Origin: Lentisphaerota bacterium
Lineage (GTDB): Bacteria; Verrucomicrobiota; Kiritimatiellia; PWTM01
Direction: 5' to 3'
Assembly (NCBI GenBank): GCA_016873715.1
Contig: VGWF01000003.1
Span: 4,907-68,906 of the forward strand
Length of the DNA: 64,000 nt
The notes beneath the pieces were generated by a model, which saw only the letters and a list, made by a program, of their open reading frames with translations, had not been told where the DNA came from and did not search any database. Positions 44,942 to 53,837 of the stretch are shown piece by piece; within the stretch, counting starts at the first letter, position 1, and the number at the start of each line of letters is the position of its first letter. The position numbers and the translations under genes are program-made.

Positions 44942-46428
44942 TCGTCGGTTCCTCCCTCGCTCGGCCGGATCGGAGCCCCCGCGTCGGTGCCCTCGTTCCG
45001 GAGATCTCCGAAGCGGGTGAGCTGTTCGTCGAAGTGCAACTCGACCTCGCCGACGCGTCCGTTGCGCTGCTTCGCGACGTCGACGATGGACAGCCCCGGG
45101 TTGATCTCGGCGTCGCCGTAGCGCGGGTCGCCCTTGTTCCGGATGGGGCGCCGCAGCAGCATGACGACGTCGGCGTCCTGTTCGATCGAGCCCGAGTCGC
45201 GCAGGTCGGAAAGCTTGGGCACGCCGCTCTTGTCGCGCAGTTCCGGCTGGCGGTTGAGCTGGCTGAGCACGAGCACGGGGATGCGCAGCTCCTTGGCCAT
45301 CGCCTTCAGCGTGCCGGAGATGGCCTGCGTCTCGCGCTGGCGGCCCTCCTTCTCGAAGCCGGGATAGTGAAGCATCTGGAGGTAGTCGACGACGACCAGG
45401 CCGATGTCGTGCATCTTCTTCATCCGGCGCGCGCGGGCGCGGAGCTGGGGCGCGTCGAGGCCCGGCGTGTCGTCGACGTGGATGCGGGCCTCCATCAGGT
45501 CGCGGGCGGCGGCGACGAGGCGGCGCTGCTCGTCCTTGTCGCAGAAGCCCTCGACGATCCGCTGCCACCCCACGCCCGCGCGCGAGCACAGCATGCGGCG
45601 GACGAGCGCCTCGGCGGACATCTCGAGGCTGAACACGGCCACCGCGCGCGGGCGCCGGTCGCGGGGTCCGTAGCCGGTCGACGGGTTTCCGCCGCACGCG
45701 ACGTTCTCGGCGATGTTCATGGCCAGCGACGTCTTCCCCTGCGAGGGGCGCGCCGCGAGGATGATCATCTCCGAGGGCTGCAGCCCGAGCAGGATCTTGT
45801 CGAGGTTGCGGTAGCCCGTGCTGAGCCCCGTCAGGGTGTTGCCGCCCTCGGCGAGCAGCTGGCCGATCTCCTTCGAGACCGTGTCGACCTGCTGGGGCCA
45901 GGAGGCCTGCGCGGGGCCCTGGAAGTCGCCGATCTCGAGGACGGTCTGCTCGGCGCGGCCGAGGACCTCCATCGCGTCGCGGTCGCCGGCGCCGTAGCAG
46001 TCCTCGGCCACCTGGCGCACGCGGTCGAGCAGCGAGCGCAGGACGAACTTCTGGAGGACGACCTCGATGTAGTAGGCGGCGTGCTCGACGGTGGGCGTCT
46101 GGTCGACCAGCCGCTGGAGATAGGCGTCGCCGCCCAGGGCGTCGAGTTCGCCGAGATCCCGCAGCCGGGCGGCCAGCGTCAGAAGGTCCACCGGCTGCTG
46201 CCGCTGGTCCATCTCGGCGCAGACCGCGAACAGGCGCTGGTGGACCGGGCTGTAGAAGCAGTCGGGCCGGATCCGCTTCGAGGCGCACAGGTCCAGGACG
46301 CGGGCGGCGTCGAGCAGCACGCTGCCCAGAAGCCCCGTCTCGGCCTCCGAGCTGTTCGGCGGGACCCGGAGGGCGCCCGCAGGCGACCCCCCGCCCCCGT
46401 CTGCCGCTCGGGACGCCGGGCGGGCCAT
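44938..46428 (-). CDS. dnaB: Replicative DNA helicase
   Basis: AARPSQGKT, FSLEMS, VDYLQ, LSQLNR, SDLRDSGSIEQDAD, KQRNG. Confidence 0.97.
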   Translation of the reverse strand: MARPASRAADGGGGSPAGALRVPPNSSEAETGLLGSVLLDAARVLDLCASKRIRPDCFYSPVHQRLFAVCAEMDQRQQPVDLLTLAARLRDLGELDALGGDAYLQRLVDQTPTVEHAAYYIEVVLQKFVLRSLLDRVRQVAEDCYGAGDRDAMEVLGRAEQTVLEIGDFQGPAQASWPQQVDTVSKEIGQLLAEGGNTLTGLSTGYRNLDKILLGLQPSEMIILAARPSQGKTSLAMNIAENVACGGNPSTGYGPRDRRPRAVAVFSLEMSAEALVRRMLCSRAGVGWQRIVEGFCDKDEQRRLVAAARDLMEARIHVDDTPGLDAPQLRARARRMKKMHDIGLVVVDYLQMLHYPGFEKEGRQRETQAISGTLKAMAKELRIPVLVLSQLNRQPELRDKSGVPKLSDLRDSGSIEQDADVVMLLRRPIRNKGDPRYGDAEINPGLSIVDVAKQRNGRVGEVELHFDEQLTRFGDLRNEGTDAGAPIRPSEGGTDE

Positions 46429-46434
46429 GGCGCG

Positions 46435-46884
46435 TTACTCCTCGACGACCCAGACCTTGAGCGTCGCGACCAGTTCCGGAAGCAGGCGCACCGGCACGGC
46501 GAAGACGCCGAGCTCCTTGATCGGATCGGCCAGTTCCACCTGGTGGCGGTCCAGCTCGATGCCCTGGAGCTTCAGCGAATCGGCGATGTGGGCGGAGGTG
46601 ACCGCGCCGAACATCTTGTCCTCGGCGCCGGTGCGGACGGTGATCGTCACGGACGCGGATCCGATGCGGTCGGCGAGTTCCTTCGCCGCGCCGAGGCGGG
46701 CGGTCTCCTTCGCCGCGCGGTCCGCGCGGATCTTCTCCAGGCGGCGGCGGGTGGCGGCCGTCACGGGCGCGGCGAGGTTCTTCGGGAACAGGCAGTTCCG
46801 GGCGTAGCCGTCGGACACGCGGACGACGTCGCCGTCGACGCCGAGCCCGTCCACCGCCTGCAAGAGAATGACTTCCATGGCCAT
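46435..46884 (-). CDS. rplI: 50S ribosomal protein L9
   Basis: MEVILL, GYARN, KMFGAVT, PIKELG. Confidence 0.97.
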   Translation of the reverse strand: MAMEVILLQAVDGLGVDGDVVRVSDGYARNCLFPKNLAAPVTAATRRRLEKIRADRAAKETARLGAAKELADRIGSASVTITVRTGAEDKMFGAVTSAHIADSLKLQGIELDRHQVELADPIKELGVFAVPVRLLPELVATLKVWVVEE

Positions 46885-46900
46885 GTTCGTGGTCTCCGGT

Positions 46901-47128
46901 CTAGGGCAGGAGGCCCAGGACGCGCGCGCGCCCGATGGCGCGGCGGATTTCGCGCTGCTGTTTCGCGGTCGTTCCGGTCAGCCGCCGGGGCATGACCTTG
47001 CCGCGTTCCGTCATGAACTTGCGGAGGAGCTCGCAATCCTTGTAGTCGATGCGCGTGACGCCCTCGAGGTAGCGCACGCCGCGCTTCGGCCCCGCATCCT
47101 TCATCATCATCTGCTCTCGTCGGCTCAT
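46901..47128 (-). CDS. rpsR: 30S ribosomal protein S18
   Basis: [27 protein letters not shown]. Confidence 0.96.
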   Translation of the reverse strand: MSRREQMMMKDAGPKRGVRYLEGVTRIDYKDCELLRKFMTERGKVMPRRLTGTTAKQQREIRRAIGRARVLGLLP

Positions 47129-47161
47129 TCGTTCTCTCCTGAATCGGTGCTGTCCGCCGTC

Positions 47162-47632
47162 CTAGAACGGCAGATCGTCCTCGTCCCCGCCGCCCTTCGC
47201 CGCCGGCGGCCCGTCCGCCGGGGGCGCATCGCCCTCGTCCACGGCCGGACGCCCCCGCGGCGCCGGCCCGTCCCCCGTCTCGCCCCCGCCGCCGGAGCGG
47301 CCGCGGGCGGATTCCATGAACTCGAAGTTCTCGGCGACGACGCTCAACCGGCTCTGCTTCTTCCCGTCCTTCTCCCATTCCTCGAACCGGAGGCGCCCCT
47401 CGATGAAGATGGGCGACCCCTTCTTGAAGTAGCGGCCGATCACCTCGCCGCGCTTCCCGAACATCGAGACGCGGACGAAGCAGACCTCCTCGCGATCCTC
47501 GCCCTGCTTCGACTTGTAGCGGCGGTTGACGGCGACGCTGAACTCCGCGATCGGGTCGCCGGAGGGCAGGTAGCGCACCTCCGGGTCGCGCGTCAGGTTG
47601 CCGATCAGCAGGACCTTATTGAGCGACGCCAT
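47162..47632 (-). CDS. ssb: Single-stranded DNA-binding protein
   Basis: NKVLLIGNLTRDPE; acidic tail DDLPF. Confidence 0.97.
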   Translation of the reverse strand: MASLNKVLLIGNLTRDPEVRYLPSGDPIAEFSVAVNRRYKSKQGEDREEVCFVRVSMFGKRGEVIGRYFKKGSPIFIEGRLRFEEWEKDGKKQSRLSVVAENFEFMESARGRSGGGGETGDGPAPRGRPAVDEGDAPPADGPPAAKGGGDEDDLPF

Positions 47633-47957
47633 CGCGGGCTCCCTCCGCCGGGGCGGCGGCCGCGGCCGGGGCTTCCTCGGCCGCGTGGATCTGCACGCGG
47701 ACGATCTGCTCGGACAGGCGGTAGCGCTCCAGCAAGCCGGCGATCCTGTCGCCGCCGGCGCGGAATCCGATCACGATGTAGTGACCGCCTTCCATCTTCT
47801 TCATCGGGCGGGCGAACGTGCGCTTGCCGAGGCGGGTCGTGTTGTCGATCGTCCCGCCGGCCTTCTCGATCTCCTCGCGCACCACCGCGATCGCGGGATC
47901 CAGCTGATCCTCCTTGATCGACTCCGGAAAGATGAACATCGCTTCGTACCGATTCAA
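47616..47957 (-). CDS. rpsF: 30S ribosomal protein S6
   Basis: RYEAMFIF, GKRTFARPMKK; TTG start with SD GGAGG. Confidence 0.93.
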   Translation of the reverse strand: MNRYEAMFIFPESIKEDQLDPAIAVVREEIEKAGGTIDNTTRLGKRTFARPMKKMEGGHYIVIGFRAGGDRIAGLLERYRLSEQIVRVQIHAAEEAPAAAAAPAEGARDGVAQ

Positions 47958-48544
47958 GGCTGTCCTCCCGCGTTCGTGTCCCGATTGAACTCGTTCATTG
48001 CCCGTTCCACACCGTCCCGCACCACCGCCCTCACCGCATCCGCCGCCCGCTCGACGGCCGCCTCGATCGCGGGCCGTTCCTCGCGCGCGAACGCGGAGAG
48101 CACGTGGTCGACCATGTCCCGCTGCTCCGGCCCGCGGCCCACGCCGATCCGGACCCTTGCAAACCCGTCCGTGCCCAGGCGCTCGATCACCGACCGCACG
48201 CCCTTGTGGCCCCCCGCCCCGCCCTTCGGCCTCAGCCTCAGCGAGCCGACCGGAAGATCCACGTCATCGTACACCACCACCAGGTCCGCCGGGGCCGCCC
48301 GGTGCCACCGCAACAGCGCCGCCACCGCGTCGCCGCTCGCGTTCATGTACGTCAGCGGCTCGACCAGGACCACCCGGCCCGCGCCCACGACGTCCGCCGC
48401 GGCGCATCGCGCCTCGGCCCGGTGGCTCCGTCGGAGGACCGCGCCGGCGGCCTCCGCCAGGCGCTCCACGACCATGAACCCGACGTTGTGGCGCGTCCGC
48501 TCGTATTCCCTGCCCGGATTCCCCAGGCCGACGACGACCTTCAC
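47954..48544 (-). CDS. pth: Peptidyl-tRNA hydrolase
   Basis: VGLGNPG, TRHNVGF, TYMNASG, YDDVDL, GGHKG. Confidence 0.97.
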   Translation of the reverse strand: MKVVVGLGNPGREYERTRHNVGFMVVERLAEAAGAVLRRSHRAEARCAAADVVGAGRVVLVEPLTYMNASGDAVAALLRWHRAAPADLVVVYDDVDLPVGSLRLRPKGGAGGHKGVRSVIERLGTDGFARVRIGVGRGPEQRDMVDHVLSAFAREERPAIEAAVERAADAVRAVVRDGVERAMNEFNRDTNAGGQP

Positions 48545-48585
48545 CGCGCCCTACCCCGATGTTCGGCCGGCAGCGCCGGACCCGC

Positions 48586-49428
48586 TCACTTCTTCTCGGA
48601 CTTCTCCTTCCCGGCCTTGGGCGCGGCTTCCTTCGCGGGAGCGGCACCCTTCGCGGCGGGAGCGGCACCCTTCGCGGCGGGAGCGGCACCCTTCGCGGCG
48701 GGAGCGGCCCCCTTCGCGGCAGCGGCGCCCTTCGCGGGAGCGCCCTTCGCGGCGCCTTCCTTGCCGCCCTCGGCTTCCTCGCCCTCCTCCGGCTTCTTCG
48801 CCGTGATGACCTCGGGCTCGGCGGCGGCCTCGCCCTCGGCGGGCGCGGCGACCTCTTCCTCGGCCTTCGGCATCGACACGGCCGCGATGGCGACATCGGC
48901 GCCGGTCACGATCGCGTACTTGGCGGGGTCGAGCTTGATGTCCTTCACCGAAAGGTGCTTTCCGACCGCCAGCCCCGCGACGTCGATCGGGATCTCCTCG
49001 AGGATGTCCGCCGGCAGAGACTCGACCTCGATCGTGCGGAGCAGGTGGTCCAGGATGCCGCCCTCCTGCGTCACGCCGACCGGTTCGCCCACCAGCCTCA
49101 GCGGCACGGAGACGCGCAGCTTGCGGGTCATCGACACCTCGTAGAAGTCGATGTGCGTCACGCGCCCGTCGATCGGGTGGTGCTGCATCGCCTTGAGCAG
49201 GACCTTGCGGGGCTTGCCGCCCGCGACGTCGAGGTCGACGAGCATCTGCTCGCTGTGGTGGCGCTTCATCATCTGGGCGAAATCATGCGCGACGATCTGC
49301 ACGTTCTCGCCGGCCCTGCCCTCGCTGTACACGACGGCGGGGATCCGGCCCTCGCGGCGCAGGCGCCCCATGGCCGAACTCCCGACCCGGTCCCGGGGCT
49401 CCGCCTTGACGGTGATGGTTTCCTTCAT
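48586..49428 (-). CDS. rplY: 50S ribosomal protein L25/Ctc with an AAKGAAP repeat tail
   Basis: RLRREGRIPAVVY, HIDF, GVTQEGGIL, EPEVI. Confidence 0.96.
   Translation of the reverse strand: MKETITVKAEPRDRVGSSAMGRLRREGRIPAVVYSEGRAGENVQIVAHDFAQMMKRHHSEQMLVDLDVAGGKPRKVLLKAMQHHPIDGRVTHIDFYEVSMTRKLRVSVPLRLVGEPVGVTQEGGILDHLLRTIEVESLPADILEEIPIDVAGLAVGKHLSVKDIKLDPAKYAIVTGADVAIAAVSMPKAEEEVAAPAEGEAAAEPEVITAKKPEEGEEAEGGKEGAAKGAPAKGAAAAKGAAPAAKGAAPAAKGAAPAAKGAAPAKEAAPKAGKEKSEKK
48637..48720. repeat. Coding 21-bp tandem repeat x4 in the rplY tail
   Basis: GGGAGCGGCACCCTTCGCGGC, three perfect copies and one with a single mismatch; degenerate copies continue to about 48753. Confidence 0.93.
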
Positions 49429-49453
49429 GCTCCGTTCGTCCTCTCTCTCGTCC

Positions 49454-50380
49454 CTACACCTTGAACAGGGAGGTGACCGACTGGTTGTTGTGGATGCGCA
49501 GGATGGCCTCGCCGAGCAGCTCCGCGATCGAGAGCACCGAGACGGGGAACCCGCCCCAGTCCTTCGCCGGGACGCTGTCCGTCGTGATCAGTTCCTCGAT
49601 CGCCGAGTGCTTCAGGCGGTCCACGCCCTCCGCCGTCACCAGCGAGTGCGTGACCATCGCCCGGATGCTCCGCGCCCCGTGCTGCCGCAGCAGGGCCGCC
49701 GCCCCGCAGAGGGTTCCGGCCGTCGTGACCAGGTCGTCGACCAGGATCACGTCGCGGTCCTTCACGTCGCCGACCACGTTGATCGACTCCACCTCGCGGG
49801 CGTTCTTGCGCTGCTTCGCCGCGATCGCCAGCCCGCACCCGAGCTTCTGCGCGTAGGCGTAGGCCGTCTTCACGCCGCCCGTGTCCGGCGCCACGATGAC
49901 CATCTCGGCGAGGTTCTTCGCGCGAAGCGCCTTCACCATCACGGGCGAGGCGGTCAGGTGGTCCACGGGGATGTCGAAGAAGCCCTGGATCTGCTGGGAG
50001 TGGAGGTCCAGCGTCAGCACCCGGTCGGTCCCGGCGGCGACGAGGAGATTCGCGACGAGCTTCGCGGTGATCGGGACGCGGGGCTGGTCCTTGCGATCCT
50101 GCCGGGCGTAGCCGAAGTACGGGAGCACGGCGGTGATCCGCGCGGCGGAGGCCCGCTTCGCCGCGTCGATCATGATCAGCAACTCCATCAGGTTCTCGTT
50201 CGGAGGATTGCAGATCGGCTGGATGACGAAGAGGTCGCGGCCGCGGATGTTGTCGACGATCTTGACGAAGACCTCGCCGTCGGGGAAGCGGCGGACGTCG
50301 ACGCCGCCGAGCGGCTCGCCCAGGTAGGAGGCGAGCCCTTCCGCAAGCTGCGGATGCGCTGTGCCGGACAGGATCTTCAC
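49454..50380 (-). CDS. prs: Ribose-phosphate pyrophosphokinase
   Basis: FPDGE, PYFGYARQDRK, DLHSQQIQGFF, VDDLVTTAGT. GTG 50380 with SD GGAAGG. Confidence 0.97.
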   Translation of the reverse strand: MKILSGTAHPQLAEGLASYLGEPLGGVDVRRFPDGEVFVKIVDNIRGRDLFVIQPICNPPNENLMELLIMIDAAKRASAARITAVLPYFGYARQDRKDQPRVPITAKLVANLLVAAGTDRVLTLDLHSQQIQGFFDIPVDHLTASPVMVKALRAKNLAEMVIVAPDTGGVKTAYAYAQKLGCGLAIAAKQRKNAREVESINVVGDVKDRDVILVDDLVTTAGTLCGAAALLRQHGARSIRAMVTHSLVTAEGVDRLKHSAIEELITTDSVPAKDWGGFPVSVLSIAELLGEAILRIHNNQSVTSLFKV

Positions 50381-50401
50381 ATCAACCTTCCATGCTGCAA
50401 C

Positions 50402-50475
50402 TGGTTGCCCGACCAGGATTCGAACCTGGACTCTGGCCTCCAAAGGGCCGTGTGCTGCCGTTACACCATCGGGCA
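50402..50475 (-). tRNA. tRNA-Gln(UUG)
   Basis: TGCCCGA-TG-GTGT-AACGGCA-GCAC-A-CGGCC-CTTTGGA-GGCCA-GAGT-CCAGG-TTCGAAT-CCTGG-TCGGGCA-A-CCA cloverleaf with encoded CCA. Confidence 0.96.
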
Positions 50476-50493
50476 GGCCGGGCAAAACGCGGG

Positions 50494-50522
50494 ACCGTAC
50501 CGGGTTCCACCCCGGAAGTCAA
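50494..50522 (-). promoter_or_regulatory. Putative sigma70 promoter for the tRNA-Gln/prs operon
   Basis: TTGACT-N17-TACGGT followed by a GC-rich discriminator CCCGCG. Confidence 0.6.
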
Positions 50523-50646
50523 TGCCCGAGCCGCACGAACCCGCCCGGAGCCGCGGCGGGACAGGCCTCCGCGGCGGACGGAACATCCTAGCGGTCCGGG
50601 GGCGGGGTGTCGAGCCGGGCCGAAGGCCGGTCCGGCCGGTCTGCGA

Positions 50647-51957
50647 TCAGCCGGCGCCCGTCCGTCGCGCGGACTCGGCCCGGTAGAGAAGGATGCCCTT
50701 GAGCACGTCGACGGCCCGGTCGAGCTGGACGTCCCTCGGGGCGGCCCGGGACGCCCCGGCGGGCGGCGATGCGCCGGGGACCGGGTCCGCCTCCGCCCTC
50801 GCGCGGAGGATGCGGGCCCAGTCCTCGGCCGGAACGGGGATCAGGATGTCGGGCTCGATGCCGTAGTCGTGGATCACCCGGCGGCCGGGCGTGTAGTACT
50901 TCGAGGTGGTCAGCCGCAGGGCGGACCCGTCCTCCATCGGGAGGATCGTCTGCACCGACCCCTTGCCGAACGTCCGCTGGCCGACCAGCACCGCCCGCTT
51001 GTGGTCCTGCAGCGCGCCGCCGACGATCTCGGCCGCGCTGGCGCTGCCCTCGTTGACCAGCACGACGACGGGCCACTCGAAGGACTTCGGCGCGCCGCGG
51101 ACGAGGAAGGTCTGCCGCTGCCGCTCGTCCCGGCCCTGGGTGTAGACGACCATCGCCCCGCGCGGGAGGAACCGGCTGCAGACCTCGACCGCCGCCTGGA
51201 GGAGCCCGCCGGGATTGTTGCGGAGATCGATGACGAGCGCCCGCGCGCCCTGCTTCTCCAGGGTCCCGAGCGACGCGTCGAGGGCGCTGGCGGTCCGCTC
51301 GTCGAACTGCACCACGCGGAGGTACCCGATGCCGTCCTCGATCAGCCGGGCGTCCTTGACGCTGGCGACGCTGATGATGGCGCGCTCGATCTCCAGCGTG
51401 CGCACGTCGGTCGCCCCCTCGCGCAGGATCCGGATCTTCACGCGGCTCCCCGGGGGGCCCCGCATCAGCTTCACCGCCTCGCCGAGGTCCATCATGTCGG
51501 TCCGCTGCCCGTCGATCTCGACGAGCCTGTCGCCCGCCATCAGCCCCGCGCGGAAGCCCGGCGTGTCCTCCATCGGGGCGATGATCGTGAGGACCCCGTC
51601 GCGGACGCCCACGACGACGCCGATGCCGCCGAACCGGCCGGCGGTGTCCTCCTGCATCGCCTTGTACTCCTCCGGATCCATGAACTCGCAGTGCTCGTCC
51701 AGCGACGCCATGAGGCCGCGGAGCGCCCCGTAGGTCAGGTCCTTGAAGCCGGTGCGGCCCGGATCGACGTAGTTCCGGCGGACCTGCTCGAGGACCCGCG
51801 TGAAGGACGCCATGCTCTCGTAGGCGTCCTCGCGCGGCGCGGCGGGCGCCTCCTTCGAATGGATGCGGTGGCCGACCAGGAGGTTGGCCATGAGGATCGC
51901 GGCGGCGCCGGCAAGACCGGCGCCCCGCACCAGGGATCGGCGCAGGCTCATCCGCAT
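50647..51957 (-). CDS. ctpA: S41A C-terminal processing protease with PDZ domain
   Basis: FGGIG, IDLRNNPGGLL, SASAAEIV, TFGKGSVQ, GIEPD. Start uncertain (51951-51966). Confidence 0.94.
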   Translation of the reverse strand: MRMSLRRSLVRGAGLAGAAAILMANLLVGHRIHSKEAPAAPREDAYESMASFTRVLEQVRRNYVDPGRTGFKDLTYGALRGLMASLDEHCEFMDPEEYKAMQEDTAGRFGGIGVVVGVRDGVLTIIAPMEDTPGFRAGLMAGDRLVEIDGQRTDMMDLGEAVKLMRGPPGSRVKIRILREGATDVRTLEIERAIISVASVKDARLIEDGIGYLRVVQFDERTASALDASLGTLEKQGARALVIDLRNNPGGLLQAAVEVCSRFLPRGAMVVYTQGRDERQRQTFLVRGAPKSFEWPVVVLVNEGSASAAEIVGGALQDHKRAVLVGQRTFGKGSVQTILPMEDGSALRLTTSKYYTPGRRVIHDYGIEPDILIPVPAEDWARILRARAEADPVPGASPPAGASRAAPRDVQLDRAVDVLKGILLYRAESARRTGAG

Positions 51958-51982
51958 AGTCTCCAACGCCCCGCGCCCGGCG

Positions 51983-53752
51983 TCAAACCACGAACGTCTC
52001 GCGGACGCGGGCCGAGGAACGGAAGTACGGGATCATGGCGGCGGCCGCCGCGACGCTGATCGCGAGCAGGACCAGGTAGATCCACGCGGCCGGCGGACCG
52101 CCGGGGACGGACCGTCCGACGAGGAACACGGCCGCCGCCAGGATCACCTGGACGACCTGCAGGGCGATCATCAGGCCCGGGGCGTTGCGACGCCGATCGA
52201 AGAACCGCGCGGCGGCCACCAGCATCAGCACCACGAGGAGCCCCTGCGCCGCCACGCTGGTCCCGAGGAACATCCGCGCCACGCCGGCCGTGTCCGCCGT
52301 CGCCTGCGCGAGCGTGAGCACCAGGGTGACGATGGCGACCAGCGGCACGAGGATGAGGGCCGAGGCGGGCACGAGCAGCCAGCCGTCGAGCCCCGCGAGC
52401 GGCGAGGCAGCCGGCGCGCCGGCGATCGCGACGGGCGTTTCCCGCGCCGCCTCCGACGCGTCGGGCTCCGTCGCCCCGCCCCCGACCGCGACCGTGCGGA
52501 TCCGCGGCACGAGCAGGTGGATCACCGCGAACGCGAGCAGGTACGCCGTCGAGCCGATCAGGAAGAGCAGCCAGTACTGGCCGGTCTTCTGCAGCACGCG
52601 CCCGACGAACTCCGCGAAGAGGATCGCGCCGATCGAGCCGGCCATGCCGCCGAGCCCGACCACCGAGGCGACCGCGTTCTTCGGGAAGCAGTCGGACACC
52701 AGCGTGAACAGGTTCGCGGACCAGCCCTGGTGCGCCGCGGCCGCGAGGCCGACGAGCAGGACCGCCAGCCACACGTTGCCGACCTGCGTCACCGCGAAGA
52801 TCGGCACGACGAGCGTCGCGCAGATCAGGAACGCCGCCTTGCGGGCGAAGTTGACCGACCGGCCCGCGTTGATCAGGGCCGACGAGATGTAGCCGCCGCC
52901 GACGCTGCCGACCGTCACGAAGGTGTAGACGACGATCAGCGGCCAGCCGAGGCTGCCGAGGTTCAGGTTGAAGTCCTTGGCGAGCCACTTCGGCAGCCAG
53001 AAGAGGTAGAACCACCAGATCGGGTCGGTCATGAACTTGCCGAGGATGAAGGCCCAGGTCTCGCGGTACCGCAGCAGGTCGCGCCACGGGATCTTCGCCT
53101 GGCCCGCGCCTTCGCCGCTGTCGCTGAGGATGTGCTTCAGTTCCGACTGCAGGACGCCCTTGTGGTCCTGCGGCCGCCGGTAGAGCGGCCACCACAGCGC
53201 GACGAAGACGAAGTTGATGCTCCCGCCCACCACGAAGGCCCACTGCCACCCGTAGTTGATCGCCAGCCAGGGGATCAGCGCGGGCGTGATCACCGCGCCG
53301 ATGTTCGCGCCGGAGTTGAAGATGCCGGTCGCCAGCGCGCGCTCCTTCTTCGGGAACCACTCGGTGATCGCCTTGATCGCCGCGGGGAAATTGACCGCCT
53401 CGCCGAGGCCGAGGATGAAGCGGACGATCCCGAAGTGCAGCGCGCGGCTGCAGAAGGCGTGCCCGTAGGCGGCGAAACCCCAGAAGATCGTCGCCCAGGC
53501 GTAGGTGGCCCGCGTGCCGAACCTGTCGACGAGGCGGCCGAAGAACGGGAGGCCGAGGGCGTAGGCGACCTGGAAGGAGATCACGACGCGCGCCCAGTCC
53601 AGTTCCGACCACCCGTACTTCTTCTCGAGCATCGGCACGAGGATGCCGAGCATCTGCCGGTCGAGGTAGTTGTTCGCGGTGTTCGCGAACAGCAGGAGGC
53701 AAATGAGCCATCGATACTTGCCGACCGTCTTCGCCACGCTGTCTGCCGTCAT
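51983..53752 (-). CDS. ExuT-type hexuronate MFS transporter with an extra C-terminal DUF2569-like membrane domain
   Basis: NYLDRQ, EAVNFPA, EWFPKKERALATGIFNSG, TDPIWWFYLFWLP, AAHQGWSAN; tail GLDGWLL...PYFRSSARVRETF. Confidence 0.88.
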   Translation of the reverse strand: MTADSVAKTVGKYRWLICLLLFANTANNYLDRQMLGILVPMLEKKYGWSELDWARVVISFQVAYALGLPFFGRLVDRFGTRATYAWATIFWGFAAYGHAFCSRALHFGIVRFILGLGEAVNFPAAIKAITEWFPKKERALATGIFNSGANIGAVITPALIPWLAINYGWQWAFVVGGSINFVFVALWWPLYRRPQDHKGVLQSELKHILSDSGEGAGQAKIPWRDLLRYRETWAFILGKFMTDPIWWFYLFWLPKWLAKDFNLNLGSLGWPLIVVYTFVTVGSVGGGYISSALINAGRSVNFARKAAFLICATLVVPIFAVTQVGNVWLAVLLVGLAAAAHQGWSANLFTLVSDCFPKNAVASVVGLGGMAGSIGAILFAEFVGRVLQKTGQYWLLFLIGSTAYLLAFAVIHLLVPRIRTVAVGGGATEPDASEAARETPVAIAGAPAASPLAGLDGWLLVPASALILVPLVAIVTLVLTLAQATADTAGVARMFLGTSVAAQGLLVVLMLVAAARFFDRRRNAPGLMIALQVVQVILAAAVFLVGRSVPGGPPAAWIYLVLLAISVAAAAAMIPYFRSSARVRETFVV

Positions 53753-53837
53753 CCGGTGACTCCCTTCCCCGGGTCCGCCCGGCCCGCCGCGCCCCGCCCG
53801 CCGGGGGACGTGTGGGCGCAGAGTACACAGGCCCCGT

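Noticed and set aside
44938-46428. Intein in DnaB
   Set aside because: Length is normal (496 aa); only a short loop insert (GGNPSTGYGPRDRR) is present, with no splicing motifs.
50380-50650. tRNA-Gln as an integration site for an island
   Set aside because: No integrase, no duplicated tRNA 3' end, and prs follows immediately.
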